Of a stretch of 64,000 bases of DNA, positions 42,926 to 54,973 are shown in pieces. Within the stretch, counting starts at the first letter, position 1. Each line of letters begins with the position of its first letter. Source of the DNA: Salisapilia sapeloensis CBS 127946 (Eukaryota > Protista > Oomycota); assembly GCA_023334545.1 (NCBI GenBank), contig JAADVB010000056.1, positions 1-64,000 of the forward strand, written 5' to 3'. A program made the position numbers and the translations under genes. The notes below the pieces were generated by a model, which saw nothing but the letters and a program-made list of their open reading frames with translations, was not told the DNA's origin and did no database searches.

Positions 42926-43963
42926 ATGGGAGATTCTACCGCAGAGCTCAAGAAGAAATGCGAGCAGCTCAAGGACACGATCGAGCAGACGCGAGAAGCC
43001 AAGTCTGACGGTAGTTTCAAAAGCGCTGGCGGCACCGCGAGCGCCAAGGCCGTGCCGGCGGCACCGAAGTGCCGAAGACTGCTAAAAGGCCACTTTGGCA
43101 AGATCTACGCCATGCAGTGGGGCGGCGACAGCTCGAGCCTCGTGTCTGCGTCTCAAGACGGCAAGCTCATCGTCTGGAACGCCCAGTCGACGAACAAGAT
43201 TCAGGCGATCCCGCTCCGATCGTCCTGGGTCATGACCTGTGCCTTTGAGCAAAAGCAGCGCAACATGGTCGCGTGCGGTGGTCTAGATAACTTGTGTTCC
43301 ATTTTCCATTTATCCCAGGCGCAAGTCATGCGTGCCACCAAGGAGCTTGCGGCGCACGACGGGTACTTGTCCTGCTGCCGTTTCATCGACGAAACGAGCA
43401 TCGTCACGTCGAGTGGGGACTCGACCTGCATCCTGTGGGACGTCGAGAGTGGCGAGGTCAAGACGACGTTCCGTGAACATGCAGGTGACGTGATGAGCGT
43501 GAGTATCAATCCGCATAACCCGAACATGTTCATCAGCGGCTCGTGCGACTCGACGGCCAAGGTCTGGGACATCCGCACAGGCAAGTCGACGCACACGTTT
43601 CCTGGCCACGAGTCGGACATCAACTCGGTGGACTTCTTCCCATCAGGAGATGCGCTCGGGACTGGGTCGGATGATTCGTCATGCCGGCTCTTTGACCTGC
43701 GTGCATACGGCGAGCTCAACAACTTTAGCAACGACAAGATCCTGTGCGGCATCACGTCCGTCGCGTTCTCCAAGTCCGGTCGCTTCCTCTTTGCCGGGTA
43801 TGATGACTACAACTGCTACTGCTGGGACGTGCTCAGTACGTCTGGGCAGCACGTCTATCAGCTCGCTGGTCACGAGAACCGTGTGTCGTGCCTTGGTATC
43901 AATCCGTCCGGACAGGCACTGTGCACAGGTAGTTGGGACACGTTGCTCAAGATTTGGGCCTAA
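42926..43963 (+). CDS. GPB1: Heterotrimeric G-protein beta subunit
   Basis: [71 protein letters not shown] and [13 protein letters not shown]; seven WD40 repeats. Confidence 0.97.
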   Translation: MGDSTAELKKKCEQLKDTIEQTREAKSDGSFKSAGGTASAKAVPAAPKCRRLLKGHFGKIYAMQWGGDSSSLVSASQDGKLIVWNAQSTNKIQAIPLRSSWVMTCAFEQKQRNMVACGGLDNLCSIFHLSQAQVMRATKELAAHDGYLSCCRFIDETSIVTSSGDSTCILWDVESGEVKTTFREHAGDVMSVSINPHNPNMFISGSCDSTAKVWDIRTGKSTHTFPGHESDINSVDFFPSGDALGTGSDDSSCRLFDLRAYGELNNFSNDKILCGITSVAFSKSGRFLFAGYDDYNCYCWDVLSTSGQHVYQLAGHENRVSCLGINPSGQALCTGSWDTLLKIWA

Positions 43964-44269
43964 GCTCGAAGCCAATCGCGTCGAGAGAGCAGACTTTGCA
44001 TGACCATACGACTTTCTTCCATTTGAAAATAAAAGGACATTGAAACCTTTGCCATGGCATGACATGATCTTTTCGTGTATTGAACGAGACAAGTGTTGAT
44101 TAGATTTGAAGTTGCTTTTATGATTGATATTAGTTTACTCCATACGCTTGTCTAGTTCATGTGTATCGTCCTCGACGTCTGCATTGTCTCTGAAGGCTGG
44201 TGGAATGATCTATTTGTATCTCGAGACTTGTACATTCCATCGAATGCCCAGTTGCTCCAACTCCTTTCG

Positions 44270-45520
44270 CATTTCGTCCGATATGGTCCTCTCCCCACTT
44301 CTCACCCTTTTCGCCCACAGTCCTAGACGAAACCCACTGGATGCAAGTGACCAAGGTGCTTCCACCGGAACGACAAATTTCTTTGATATAGCGACATGTC
44401 CACGTCGCTACTTGCAGTATCTCATCGCAGGCAATGCTTTCACAGATGCGATCAGCTCTTGACGATGCACTTTGCTCCAAGTGAAGTGCATGCCGTCGAG
44501 TTCGTGCTCATTGTGCTTGTACACCTCTTTATAAGCACCTCGTCGGATTCCATGCACCGCTCTACCTAGCTTTAATCCATCCGTTCCTAGTGGTCACTCG
44601 TGGCTTTTGGAAGTGAAAGATGGGGCTTGGAAAGCTGTTGGTACGTCGGTATGTCCATACTAGGTGTAGAATGTCCGCAAGACGGGCATGATAACTTGGC
44701 CCTACCGACCCTTTCGACGATTTAAGGTGAGTCCAAGGGTTTTCAACTCCCTCATCGCTTCTTATACGTAATTGATGTATTGATTGTGGTTGCAAACACC
44801 ATTCCACGCTCTGCCGAGTGCATGGTCGTGCATGTACTCTGGCCATGGCTCTTCACGAGGGACTATGAACCTTCGCAGGACGCTTGCACGGCCATATATC
44901 TTTTAGTAAAGACGAAGACCCGGCATCATAAACTTCGTCCATGTCATCTCGCTTACATTCCATACGAACCCGATTTCATCCAGCCGTCTGACATGCGCTT
45001 CCAATATATCTTGATTACGTCAAAAGCAACAAAGACGACTGCCGAGTTTGAGGTCCCAACTCGGACGAGGCCATACTGGGTCTCCATAGGGCAAGATCAA
45101 TGTCTGTGGCACGAGGCAGTCTCCGTATAGAGTACGATAGGCTTCCAGTGCTGGCAGCTCCATCATTTCAAAGTAGTGATCTTTCCAGTTAGCAACTGGA
45201 AGCCCGATCTTGGCAAGCTCTCGGATGATGAAGCGGTGGAGACTCGGGCTAGAGGAATTGCTCATCGTGCTCATATACATCGTACCAAGTCGAATGCCTC
45301 CCAATTCCTCCGACCAAGGTTGATACAGTTTATCGCTTGCATTCTCTGTTTTCCTTTGGATACTTCTGATAATGATGTGCCTGGAATGACGAACGAGTGT
45401 TGAACAGCAACATGGTTTTCGCGCTGGTAGAATTCCTGCATGGCACATACGAGAAGATAATCACGTCGTCGACGGGCGGTAAGCTTTTCAATTGATTCCA
45501 AGGGCAGAATTGGGTACAAT
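44270..45520 (-). pseudogene. Helicase-associated (HA) repeat protein pseudogene (multi-copy oomycete family)
   Basis: Repeated units of the type LPALEAYRTLYGDCLVP...WPRPSWDLKLG, RRLDEIGFVWN, LRLY*KIYG...FIVP...WP, FYT*YGHTDVP. Seven in-frame stops between 44408 and 45022, and one apparent frameshift near 45350. Confidence 0.75.
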
Positions 45521-47732
45521 AAAGTAAATTATTTTGACGAGAAACATGCCTTTGACGGACGGCTCAGAATTGCTCATCGACGCATTCGCCCGACCAGCAC
45601 AGCCATACTCGCCATCGAGGACGAATCGTGTGGTGGAAAAGCGCGTACTGGCTAAAAGATAGCTCCATCGTCCAAACAGCTGGCAGATCTGGTAACTTGG
45701 ACGAAAGTGTCCAAGATTCACATTGAGGCGAGTTATTCCAAGAAAGTCTTAGGCGGGACTTCGGAGTAGTATGCTTTCGAGAGACAAAAGGCAGATGAGC
45801 CGTGGGTTGCCTTGACATGGTTTCACTTTCGTACTGAGTATTGTCATTTCCGTTTACATTTACCGACTACCGGCTATTTTAAGCGAAAGCGAAGGAGTAC
45901 TGGCATCCGTACTGGTTTCCCATATGTGCTCAAAAATATATGGGTGTAGACGGCTACGCATATCTGCAGTACATGTGCCGCATAGCTTTCCGCCCACACG
46001 AATCCCTCACAATACCGCCGACGTCCCTTTTTCGTATGTATATCTTCAATCATCCCACCTTAGAGCTCGCATATCTTCGCTCCGTGCATCTTCTTCAGTT
46101 CATTTCGGTCGTCAAAATGTCCATTGTTAGCTGCCTTCGTATATAGACTCCTTCAGGTTGCCTTGCCAGTTTTGTTAAATGCAAGACATTTCAGGCATAC
46201 TTTGAGCTCCCTCTGGTTGACCGGCACACGTTAGTGAAGAAGTGACCTCCAGGATGACCCGGCTTCCCTGGAGGTCTTGCAAATTGAGTGCGGGTTGCTG
46301 GTTGTTGGTTGCGCGCGCTGTGGGGAATCGGAGAATGGGCAGTTTTGTTCAAGGCTCGAAAGAGAGGATGTGACATTAGGCTGGAAAGGTAGCTGAAGGG
46401 TCCGAGAGGATTACGATGAATAAATGCAGATAAATAAGAGAAGATTGGAAATAATCAAGAAATATATTGCCCAACACGAAAAGTCTTTAGACGGCAGTCC
46501 TGCTCCTTTTTCATCCATTATCCTTGAAAATATACCGAGAAATAAGATTACCTTACTACTACCATTCCGAAAACTACTCAGCAAAGTCCTCTCCGTATTG
46601 TATTTTTCGTAAAATCATTTTTGGCAGTCTAAGATTTACATTTTGGAGGTCTTACATTCGAGTCTGATGATTCAATGAACCGGCGTAGGAAAGTTTGAGT
46701 AGAACCAACAGTAACTACGACGCAAGTAGGGAGCTGACGGAGCTGAAAGTGATCATGGAAATTTATGGCAAAAGCGCATAACATGGAGTTTAGTTGGCGA
46801 ACAACAGTGCTCAAGTTACAACTGGTGCTCGGTGACAATCGTACATTGCATATTTGACTTCGATTCCATCATACTCGTCTATTCGCTGTCCATGCATCCA
46901 AGCCGCAACTCTGCGTGAATTAAAAATAGCTTGCTATCCTTAATATCTACGTTGTGAACTAAAGTTCCTCTACTCTGACTAGCAGCTTGATGTCTGAGAG
47001 AGATCCCACACTTAATTTTGATAAGTTCACACAAGAAAAGATGATACGCGTAAACTGCGTGTCTAGTCAGGCTATACGAGCTTATAAAGCTGCATTTTAA
47101 GCATATGAACAAGATTCAAGTGGTGTCTACTGAGATGATCAAAGTATAAATTTGACGCCATATTTATTCCAGTGACAAAATTCTGATTTACGTTGCTAGC
47201 AGTTACATCTCACTGGATGCTACTGGTCATTTGTACCCCTTGAATGCCAGTGAAATTTCCCTGGGTACAACTAGATAGATAAAGAAAGGATACTTTGACG
47301 CCATGATAAAGTACCACTGTCTCCACTCACTTGCATTTGACTCATTACGTCATCTGCATAGTGCATGCACAGAATCCCTTTTAAGCTTTACTTCTGGGTA
47401 CATCCTGTTAGAACGAGAGCCATACGTTGGATGGTCATCGGTACATGGGACTGAACTATACATCAACCCATGACAGGAAGTCGAGTCCGTAGGGACGCCC
47501 TTAGTGCTTTATGTCGTTCAAATCATCGTTAAAACAGCTTTACTTTTCAAGATGTTTTCGTGGCATCGCGCTGCTTTATTAACCCATCTCGAAATGAATC
47601 GTATCTGGTTGTACCCAGTGGAATATCCTTGTCCTCTGAATCAAATCCAGCTACAGTCTCATTTCCCATTTCGACCTTCCAAGCTTCACTGTCAATCAAG
47701 TAGAAATATACTTCTTATCAAAAAGGTTGACT

Positions 47733-49121
47733 ATGTCTACACTTAGAAGTACGAACAAAATACTATGGGAGTATGCTGGGGAAGGAGGTCTAGAAGGCGT
47801 TCGCAAAATGATTCAAAAAGGTGGTGATGTGAACTATAAGGATGAAGCGAACGGCATTCGGTGGACACCGATAATAGCGGCAGCAATTCGGGGTCATGGC
47901 AAAGTGACCGAGCTATTATTACAGCATGGTGCGGACGTCAACCAGCAGACTACAGAGGGTAGTACTCCCCTTCATGTCGCTGCTCGTACTGGATATGTGG
48001 AAGTGAAAAAACTGTTGCAATATGGAGCGGATATTGATAAGCAGAATATCGTTGGTTATACTCCACTTCATATTGCTATCCGATCCGGAAGATTGGAGGT
48101 GGCAAAGACGCTCTTACAAAATGGAGCAGAGGTCGATAAGCAGGCCAATAGTGGTTGTACGCCGCTTTATGACGCTGTCCGTTTTGGAAAGATAAAGACT
48201 AACGACCTACTATTCCAATATGGAGGGGACGTTGAAAAGCAAGACGGATTGAGTGATACTCCAATTCACATGACTGCCAATATTAAACGAGTGAAAGTTA
48301 TAAATGTACTCATAGAATATGGCGCGGATATCAATAAGCAAGATGATGTTGTTCCTACTCCACTTCATATAGCTGCCCGCAGTGGAAATGTTGGGGCTGC
48401 GATTGTGCTACTACAAAATGGTGCAGAAGTAGACAAACGAAGCATGTGGGGTCGTACTCCACTTCATTGTGCTTTTGGAAGCGGAAATTGCGACATTGTG
48501 GAGTTGTTAGCCGATTGGGGAGCAAATCCGAACGTGACAAATAATCTTGGTGTATCTACAACAGGAGCAGTTTCCTCTAGGGCAAGTCCTAATTCTACGG
48601 AAATCATTGAAACTCTTGCGAGGGCTGCCTAGAGATATAAGCGACAGACCGTCCAGGGCTCTTTACGCCAGTCCATCCTCCAAAAGTCAATAGACGAAAT
48701 GATATCGAGATACGAACGCGTGAGAAACGAGATGGAGATGCTCATAGATTGCGAGTGGAAACGTACGCTCGCCTTTGTCCTGTACCATCATAAGATCGAG
48801 ATGCTCTACTTTGCATTCCAGATGGATGATACCGACGAGGGGGATGAACTTATCAACTGGATCGGTAGCAAGAAGTGGGTTGAAGCAGCAACATCTTCAG
48901 AGAGCTCGACCTTCATGCTGCTCAAAGAAATATTTGAAGATTTAGATGCAATGGAACGTATGCTATGGTATGGCTTTGACATCTACGCAGGCTCCAACGA
49001 TAAGAGATCGGTGGCGGAGGTACTCTACATTAAGAAGGTAAGGAATGAAACGCAAAGTATGATCACGGAGATCATGAAGCCCGAGAATATGGAGCGAGCT
49101 AGGAGAATAATTGCAAGCTAG
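47733..49121 (+). pseudogene. Intronless ankyrin-repeat protein interrupted by a single in-frame TAG (or a 299 aa ankyrin gene plus a downstream ORF)
   Basis: About 8 ankyrin repeats (TPLH..A..G...GA.V) in 47733-48632. After the TAG at 48630-48632 the same frame stays open through the 48699 ATG to 49121. Confidence 0.7.
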
Positions 49122-52100
49122 GCGATGTTTAGGCAGGACGAAGCTAATTGATCAACTTTTCACTTTTCATTTTCTAGTGTCCAAGTGTCGCATCTGCTGC
49201 GTTATATGAATTTGATCATCCAAACCAAAGAGAAGCGTAAATGCCGATGACCGAAAGAGATTCGGATGCAGCAGTTTGTCGATGAAGCATAGGCAAAAGC
49301 CATAATCAACAGCTTCCGTCAAAATAGTTTTGGTTGTAAAGGAGAGATACATTGACTTCGAGTAGTTTACGATATTAAGTGTATGTGCAGACACGTACTA
49401 GTCGCAACCTAGTCTACCTGTTCAGCCGTTCTTGATCATGCTTCTTATGGATATGTACCGGTGCTAAGCCGGTCCGTTGATGACTATGTGAAGGATTAAA
49501 CGATTGACATCAGTTAGGGAAGATATAATACTTATACTCTGTTTTACAGAAGTCGAAAAATAGATATTTGATCTATTGCTACAGAATCGCACTAACATTC
49601 AATTATTCGTCGTTTTAATGTGCATCGAGTCTGTCGCGGTTTATTAGGCGATCAGCAAAGTGTCTGCCTTTACTTAAAACCTCAAGCGTGTACAATTAAT
49701 CTGTAAAAGATAGTTTGCATGCCACAGTAGCAACATTCGAGTTTTCTATATCAGTTCGTGGAAACGCATGCGTTCGACAAGTGGATTGGTTTTTAAATCG
49801 ATAGCTAAAACTAATTGGTGCCCCCGCACGCTAAACGCAAAACATAAGTAGGAATCGCTTTATGCCCCAGTACACCACAGGGATTTTGAATTCTGTGCTT
49901 CTCATTTAATTTGAAGGCAATAGACTTAAGCGAACAGATACCGCGGATACATGAATTTAGCTCTACTGATTGTAAAATATTACGCATATGATACCGTCAC
50001 ACAAAGTCTTTTTATAATTTGGCAAATTTGCCCTAGAGCAGATAGCGGCAAATACTAACTCTTGTTCCATCTCGAGCTTGAATAGAGCTACGATAATGTC
50101 TTACCACCCGGTTATCTGGTACTAGCTATTGTCACTTATCTGAACGTCTTGTAAAGACATTGCCTCTCATGAATTACAAAAGCAGGATTAAGCTCCACGT
50201 CATATGTACTTTGCAACTGGAGCAGAGTGGTAACATCAAGCTTATAATGTCTAATCATATACGTTTCGACTTCAAAGTGAGGATATAACCATGACGCCTT
50301 CTCTGCAGTACCTCAATCGCTGTATACATTAATCGACCAGAGGTCTTTCTGTGAAATATGCAAACAACTATTAAAATACTGGTCATCTATGGCTATAAAG
50401 TTTGAACCCTTGGTTGATTGGTTTTACAAAATCATCTACGTTTCTCATGCTCAATAGCACTACTTTCAAGCTCTCCTGCATCAAACTAGCTCCCTATTAG
50501 GCGGAGTCAAATCTAGTAAAACTTTACCTAATTTTATCTTGTGCAAATTCTCGCTTTTACCCAGTTACTCATCTTTGTCTTTAACAATATATAGCACCTC
50601 CGGATGTGTATATTTTGTAAAGTTAGTGACTAATTAATGAGTTTTCGGTCTGAAATGCTTCACTATTGTGAATAGTGTAGGACATCGCTTTGGATACCAT
50701 ACACATCATTTTCATTTTCATTTGGTTGGTTCCATATCTTGTAACATATTTAAGCTATATGATATAGCATATACGGAATTGTTTTTCGACTAGCAGCCCG
50801 CAAGATGATATGCTATCAAGAACAGCATGGAAGTTGTATCACTCCTAAAGATTGTGCCAATACTGTCCGTAACTTTCAATCAAATCTAGTAGAGTTAACG
50901 AAAGCATCACAGTGCCATGTCCACTACTAGCTTGCAGGGTTGTGCAGTATAAATAAATATTAGGATTAATTTAAGTGATTAGTTCCTTTTCTGAGGTTAA
51001 CCGCAGTTTCCCGTCGAGATTTGCTATCAGTGCTATCTATAATGCAAGTCTGAAGATCAAACTATAGATTTATTTATCAATCATTATCTTGAGAGATGTG
51101 AAACATATCTATTTATATGTTTCTGAATAGCCTTGCTATTGATACTGTGATATATGTAAAACTGTTTCTGAACGACCTCTTTTCAATTGGTTTGCTGTGT
51201 ACATGCAGGATAGTTGCCAAGTAGTTGCATTGTAGCTCGGTGCCGTATACGAGACTGTGACTTAGTCCCAGATTGTCTTGACCTCCGCATTCAATTAGAA
51301 GCGAGAAAGAATATCTCTAAGTACGGAGGCATTGATATGTTGGTTATCACTGACGACATTCTAGTCGAACTGCGTCCAATGTATGAAATAGAAACCTCTA
51401 GCCCGTCTTCAGGTTTCGTAGACGAAAAAACAATACTATGGGCCCAGCCACAGCCATACCACACAGACACTTCGAGTTGTACAGGACGCTTCAAAGACCT
51501 TCTTCACTTCAACAGTTAATTTTAATGCTAATGCTCCCGTCGACTTTGACATAGGAGTTAGCAGTACACTGGTCGTACTCACTTTTCCTCCATCTACTAG
51601 TGCGCTTCCACTTCCGACCCTACGACCTTTCGCGCTCTACCTTGAGGTGTACTCTTACACTTTTCAAGTGAAAGTGATCTTGAAAAGATGCATCGTTTTT
51701 CAGTGAGCTCTCACGAAGCAAGGAATTACATGTAGAGCCTCTAGGTCATCCCAATCGATGCTTTTGAATACGCCCTATTCGCCTAGGCCAAAAGTGGAGA
51801 AATGATGAACAAACGTTTTTCGTCGATTGTCGAGATCGCTACTTGGCGCCCTCGTGCTCCAGTGTTCGATTGATCCGCGGCTTTTTAAGATCATACAAAA
51901 AGCTAGTGAGTCCAGAATTCGCAACACTTTCCTTACAAGCAGCGCTGTTGCTTCGAATTACTAGCTTTTTGTATGCCTCCGACCGACAAAACGACCTACA
52001 CAACATCCTTGAACGAGGACTACGAGGTAGCGATCGAGTCGAGTACGAAAGCTTTTGCAAATGAATTTCTTTTCTTTGACATATATGAATAGAGCATACT

Positions 52101-52710
52101 CGAAAGTGTCTAGTGGACTGATCTAGACTGTCTACAAGTCATTCCTTCGTCTCTAAAAGGACCCAAGTACGTCTACGACCTTTCAAGGTACATCGTATAC
52201 TGGACGAACCGATTGCTCCGTGATTGCCAAGCGTGTGCAGTCACGGCATCGAGGTCATCGATAGCTCTATCTTCTTATTTATTAATTTCTCTTAAAAGAA
52301 ATAGGTGCACTATATTTTGAAAATGCCTGCTTGCTTTTCCTATGCATGAGTCAGAGGATCAAGTATTAAGCCAGCATAATGTCGGCGTAGACGAATATCA
52401 TGCCAAAATTAGAGGAACGAAGTGGGAATCCGACTCAACTTCTGTATACTAAACGGACTGCTTCCGATGAGAGACGTTAGATCAAACATCTCTTCAAATG
52501 TTTACTTGCATACACTACTTTTATCGCAGGCAGTCGATGAGAACTCATGACTTCAAAATTGAAAGCACTTTGCCTTAAATCTTTTAACTAAACGCTATAC
52601 AAATCTACCACCAATATCTTATCCGCTCCTTCACATCCAAAGCAGCTAACACTCCTTCCCACTCTTCTTGCAACCAACATGTTAATAGCAGCATCCGACA
52701 ACACGATACT

Positions 52711-53934
52711 TTACAAATCAAATGGTTTCGTTTCAAGCTCTAGACGGATGTTCAATTTCGCAGATCGCACGAGGTCGACCCATTTCGCTTTCTCAGCCCA
52801 CATCGACCTGCTCGGCTTCCTCAGCTCTTGATGCCGATACGTACGGTGCTTTGGAGCAAGACCAATAGGTGGTGTGAATCCACTGGATGGAAAACGCTCG
52901 AGATGCTGATTTTCAACGTACTTGATGCAGTACTCGATGCCCATCTTGTTCCATAACTCTCGAAGGTCGAGTACTGCCGTGCGATACCAATATCCTGGAT
53001 GCGTGTATACGTCTAGATCTATAAAGATCTGAGCACCGAGCTCCTCGAAGAGCTCTCCGATCAAGTTTCGGAACTCCATGTGCGCTGTGTGCTGACGAAC
53101 GCGTCGTTCAGCGAAATCATCATCAGATCCTTCTGCTAGCCAGAACCACCGTTCCCATACGGCTTGCCTGTGCTCTGACCAGAAGCTGACCCACCGTCTA
53201 TAGCTTCTAGGTGCTTTGTCTGCATCAAAAGGACATGATAGACTGTTAAAAACGACTTCCCATGGCTTCTTCTCCATGCATTTATGCAGGACTTGAGCTA
53301 TCTTTACCATGTCTGCAACCTCTTCAGGAGATGTAGCTGAAGATACAGCAGAAGCTGGAGCCCTTTTACGCTTGCAAGTAGACTTTGGGTCTGGAGGCTC
53401 GAGAGTAGCTGCGAGGTCTGGATGGGAATGCTGTAATCGTTGCGCGACGGCAGCTTTTGTGGTGGATTCATCGAGTTGTATGGGGATGATCGATATACTA
53501 TTGCCTTGGCTTTGTACGTAGCTCTGGAGCTTATCGGCTCGACCTTGGAGGAACTCATCGTAGAGATCTTCTAGCGTACTCATGCAGCGAGTAGTAACGT
53601 GGGAGGCCAAGAAGATAAAGAACGCATGGTAATACAATGGTAGAGGCTGTTCATCTTTTACATGGCTAGATGTAGATGAAGATGGGCTTTCCGCCACAAG
53701 TTTCTCGTAAGCTAGCTTGCGATCATGAGCATTGGCATTGTCCACCGGATGCACAAGGACTAGATATTCTTTCTCATCGATGAATTGCTGAAAGGTCGTG
53801 AACTTTTCTTGGTAGAATTCACTGGCCATTCGAGAGAGCGCATGAAGGTTCTTGGTCGCGAGTCTCAACGCCAAGTAGTCGAAGAAGGCCGTAAGCCGAT
53901 CACCGCCCGTGCCTAGCATGGCCTCGGAGGTCAT
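52711..53934 (-). CDS. Hypothetical protein (407 aa, Trp-rich C-terminal domain), possibly transposon-associated
   Basis: Intact intronless ORF inside a gene-poor, lower-GC block. Globular-looking C-terminal half (KPWEVVF, FWSEHRQAVWERWFW, HPGYWY). No recognisable catalytic motif. Confidence 0.55.
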   Translation of the reverse strand: MTSEAMLGTGGDRLTAFFDYLALRLATKNLHALSRMASEFYQEKFTTFQQFIDEKEYLVLVHPVDNANAHDRKLAYEKLVAESPSSSTSSHVKDEQPLPLYYHAFFIFLASHVTTRCMSTLEDLYDEFLQGRADKLQSYVQSQGNSISIIPIQLDESTTKAAVAQRLQHSHPDLAATLEPPDPKSTCKRKRAPASAVSSATSPEEVADMVKIAQVLHKCMEKKPWEVVFNSLSCPFDADKAPRSYRRWVSFWSEHRQAVWERWFWLAEGSDDDFAERRVRQHTAHMEFRNLIGELFEELGAQIFIDLDVYTHPGYWYRTAVLDLRELWNKMGIEYCIKYVENQHLERFPSSGFTPPIGLAPKHRTYRHQELRKPSRSMWAEKAKWVDLVRSAKLNIRLELETKPFDL

Positions 53935-54973
53935 GTCAGCGAATTAGTGTGTTAATTCTGACGAATTAGCGCTAAAATGTTTCTAATTGGTATGAAAGAC
54001 ACAAGACAAAAGGCGGGAAATCGGTATGATCAAATGATGATAAGATGGCAGCAGCAAGTGGTGGATGGTTCACTGTTTCCGTGGGTATTTCTTCTTGCAG
54101 TGGGCAGTAATCTCGGGTGTATATGCTCAAGAGAGAGAGAGTGGCGGATGTGGAGAATTGCGTCGCCGAGGTGGTCTGATGGGCTGCCTGTAACCCTAGA
54201 CAAGTTGTACGATACGATGCCTTCCTTGCAGAGGTGGCGAGGAGGGTGATCTGGTGGGTAGTACTCGTGTGATGGTATGGTCTTGAGTGGAAGGAAAGGT
54301 TTGCATGGACGGACAGAAGAATCGGTTTTATGGTTTGCTGACCCCTTTCTACTCCTTCCCAACGACGTCTTCCATCTCTCCATGCAACCCTTTCAGCTCT
54401 TTCAGTCAAGACTATTTACATGGAGTATTACTGCATCGGACATTTGCGAAAAGGAGCAAGAAATGACGGGGTTTCAGTGCTTCTCCACGGAAACCACTCT
54501 CTCTTTTCTTTTTCTTTTGTATAGAAGATCGCTGCTCATTCGCTTTTCTTCCAGACGAGAAGTGTATTGGAGGTACAGGTTGCTATGCGGTATACCTTGA
54601 TGAGGTTGCCATCATGACAACAAGAGCTCGCCTCTGTCTGTGCCGCCATCCTTCCTGTCCGACAAGCAAGGCATTGCAAGAGCTACTCGAACCTTATTGC
54701 CACTTCACGCTTTGCTCGACCTCACCTGATGATCTGATAATGTATCAGCATGATTGCTCAAACGATTTGTAAGTGTATACTGGAGCCGAGTCATGTACCG
54801 CCGAAATGAAGTTAATGTCTATCAAAACGACATGCATATCCATTCTGATACTGTATACTGGAAATTTGTATGAAACGCTGTATATAAAGTAGGCACATTG
54901 GGCTTTTCACGTGCAAATGTTCACTTTCCGTTTTTCCTCCAAGCAGACAGATCTCGTTTGAAGAGTTGAAGTG

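Noticed and set aside
46400-47500. Fragments resembling a Ulp1-type protease motif (IFIPV...SHWMLLVI)
   Set aside because: Spacing is wrong, there is no downstream Asp or QxNxxDCG motif, and there are many stops.
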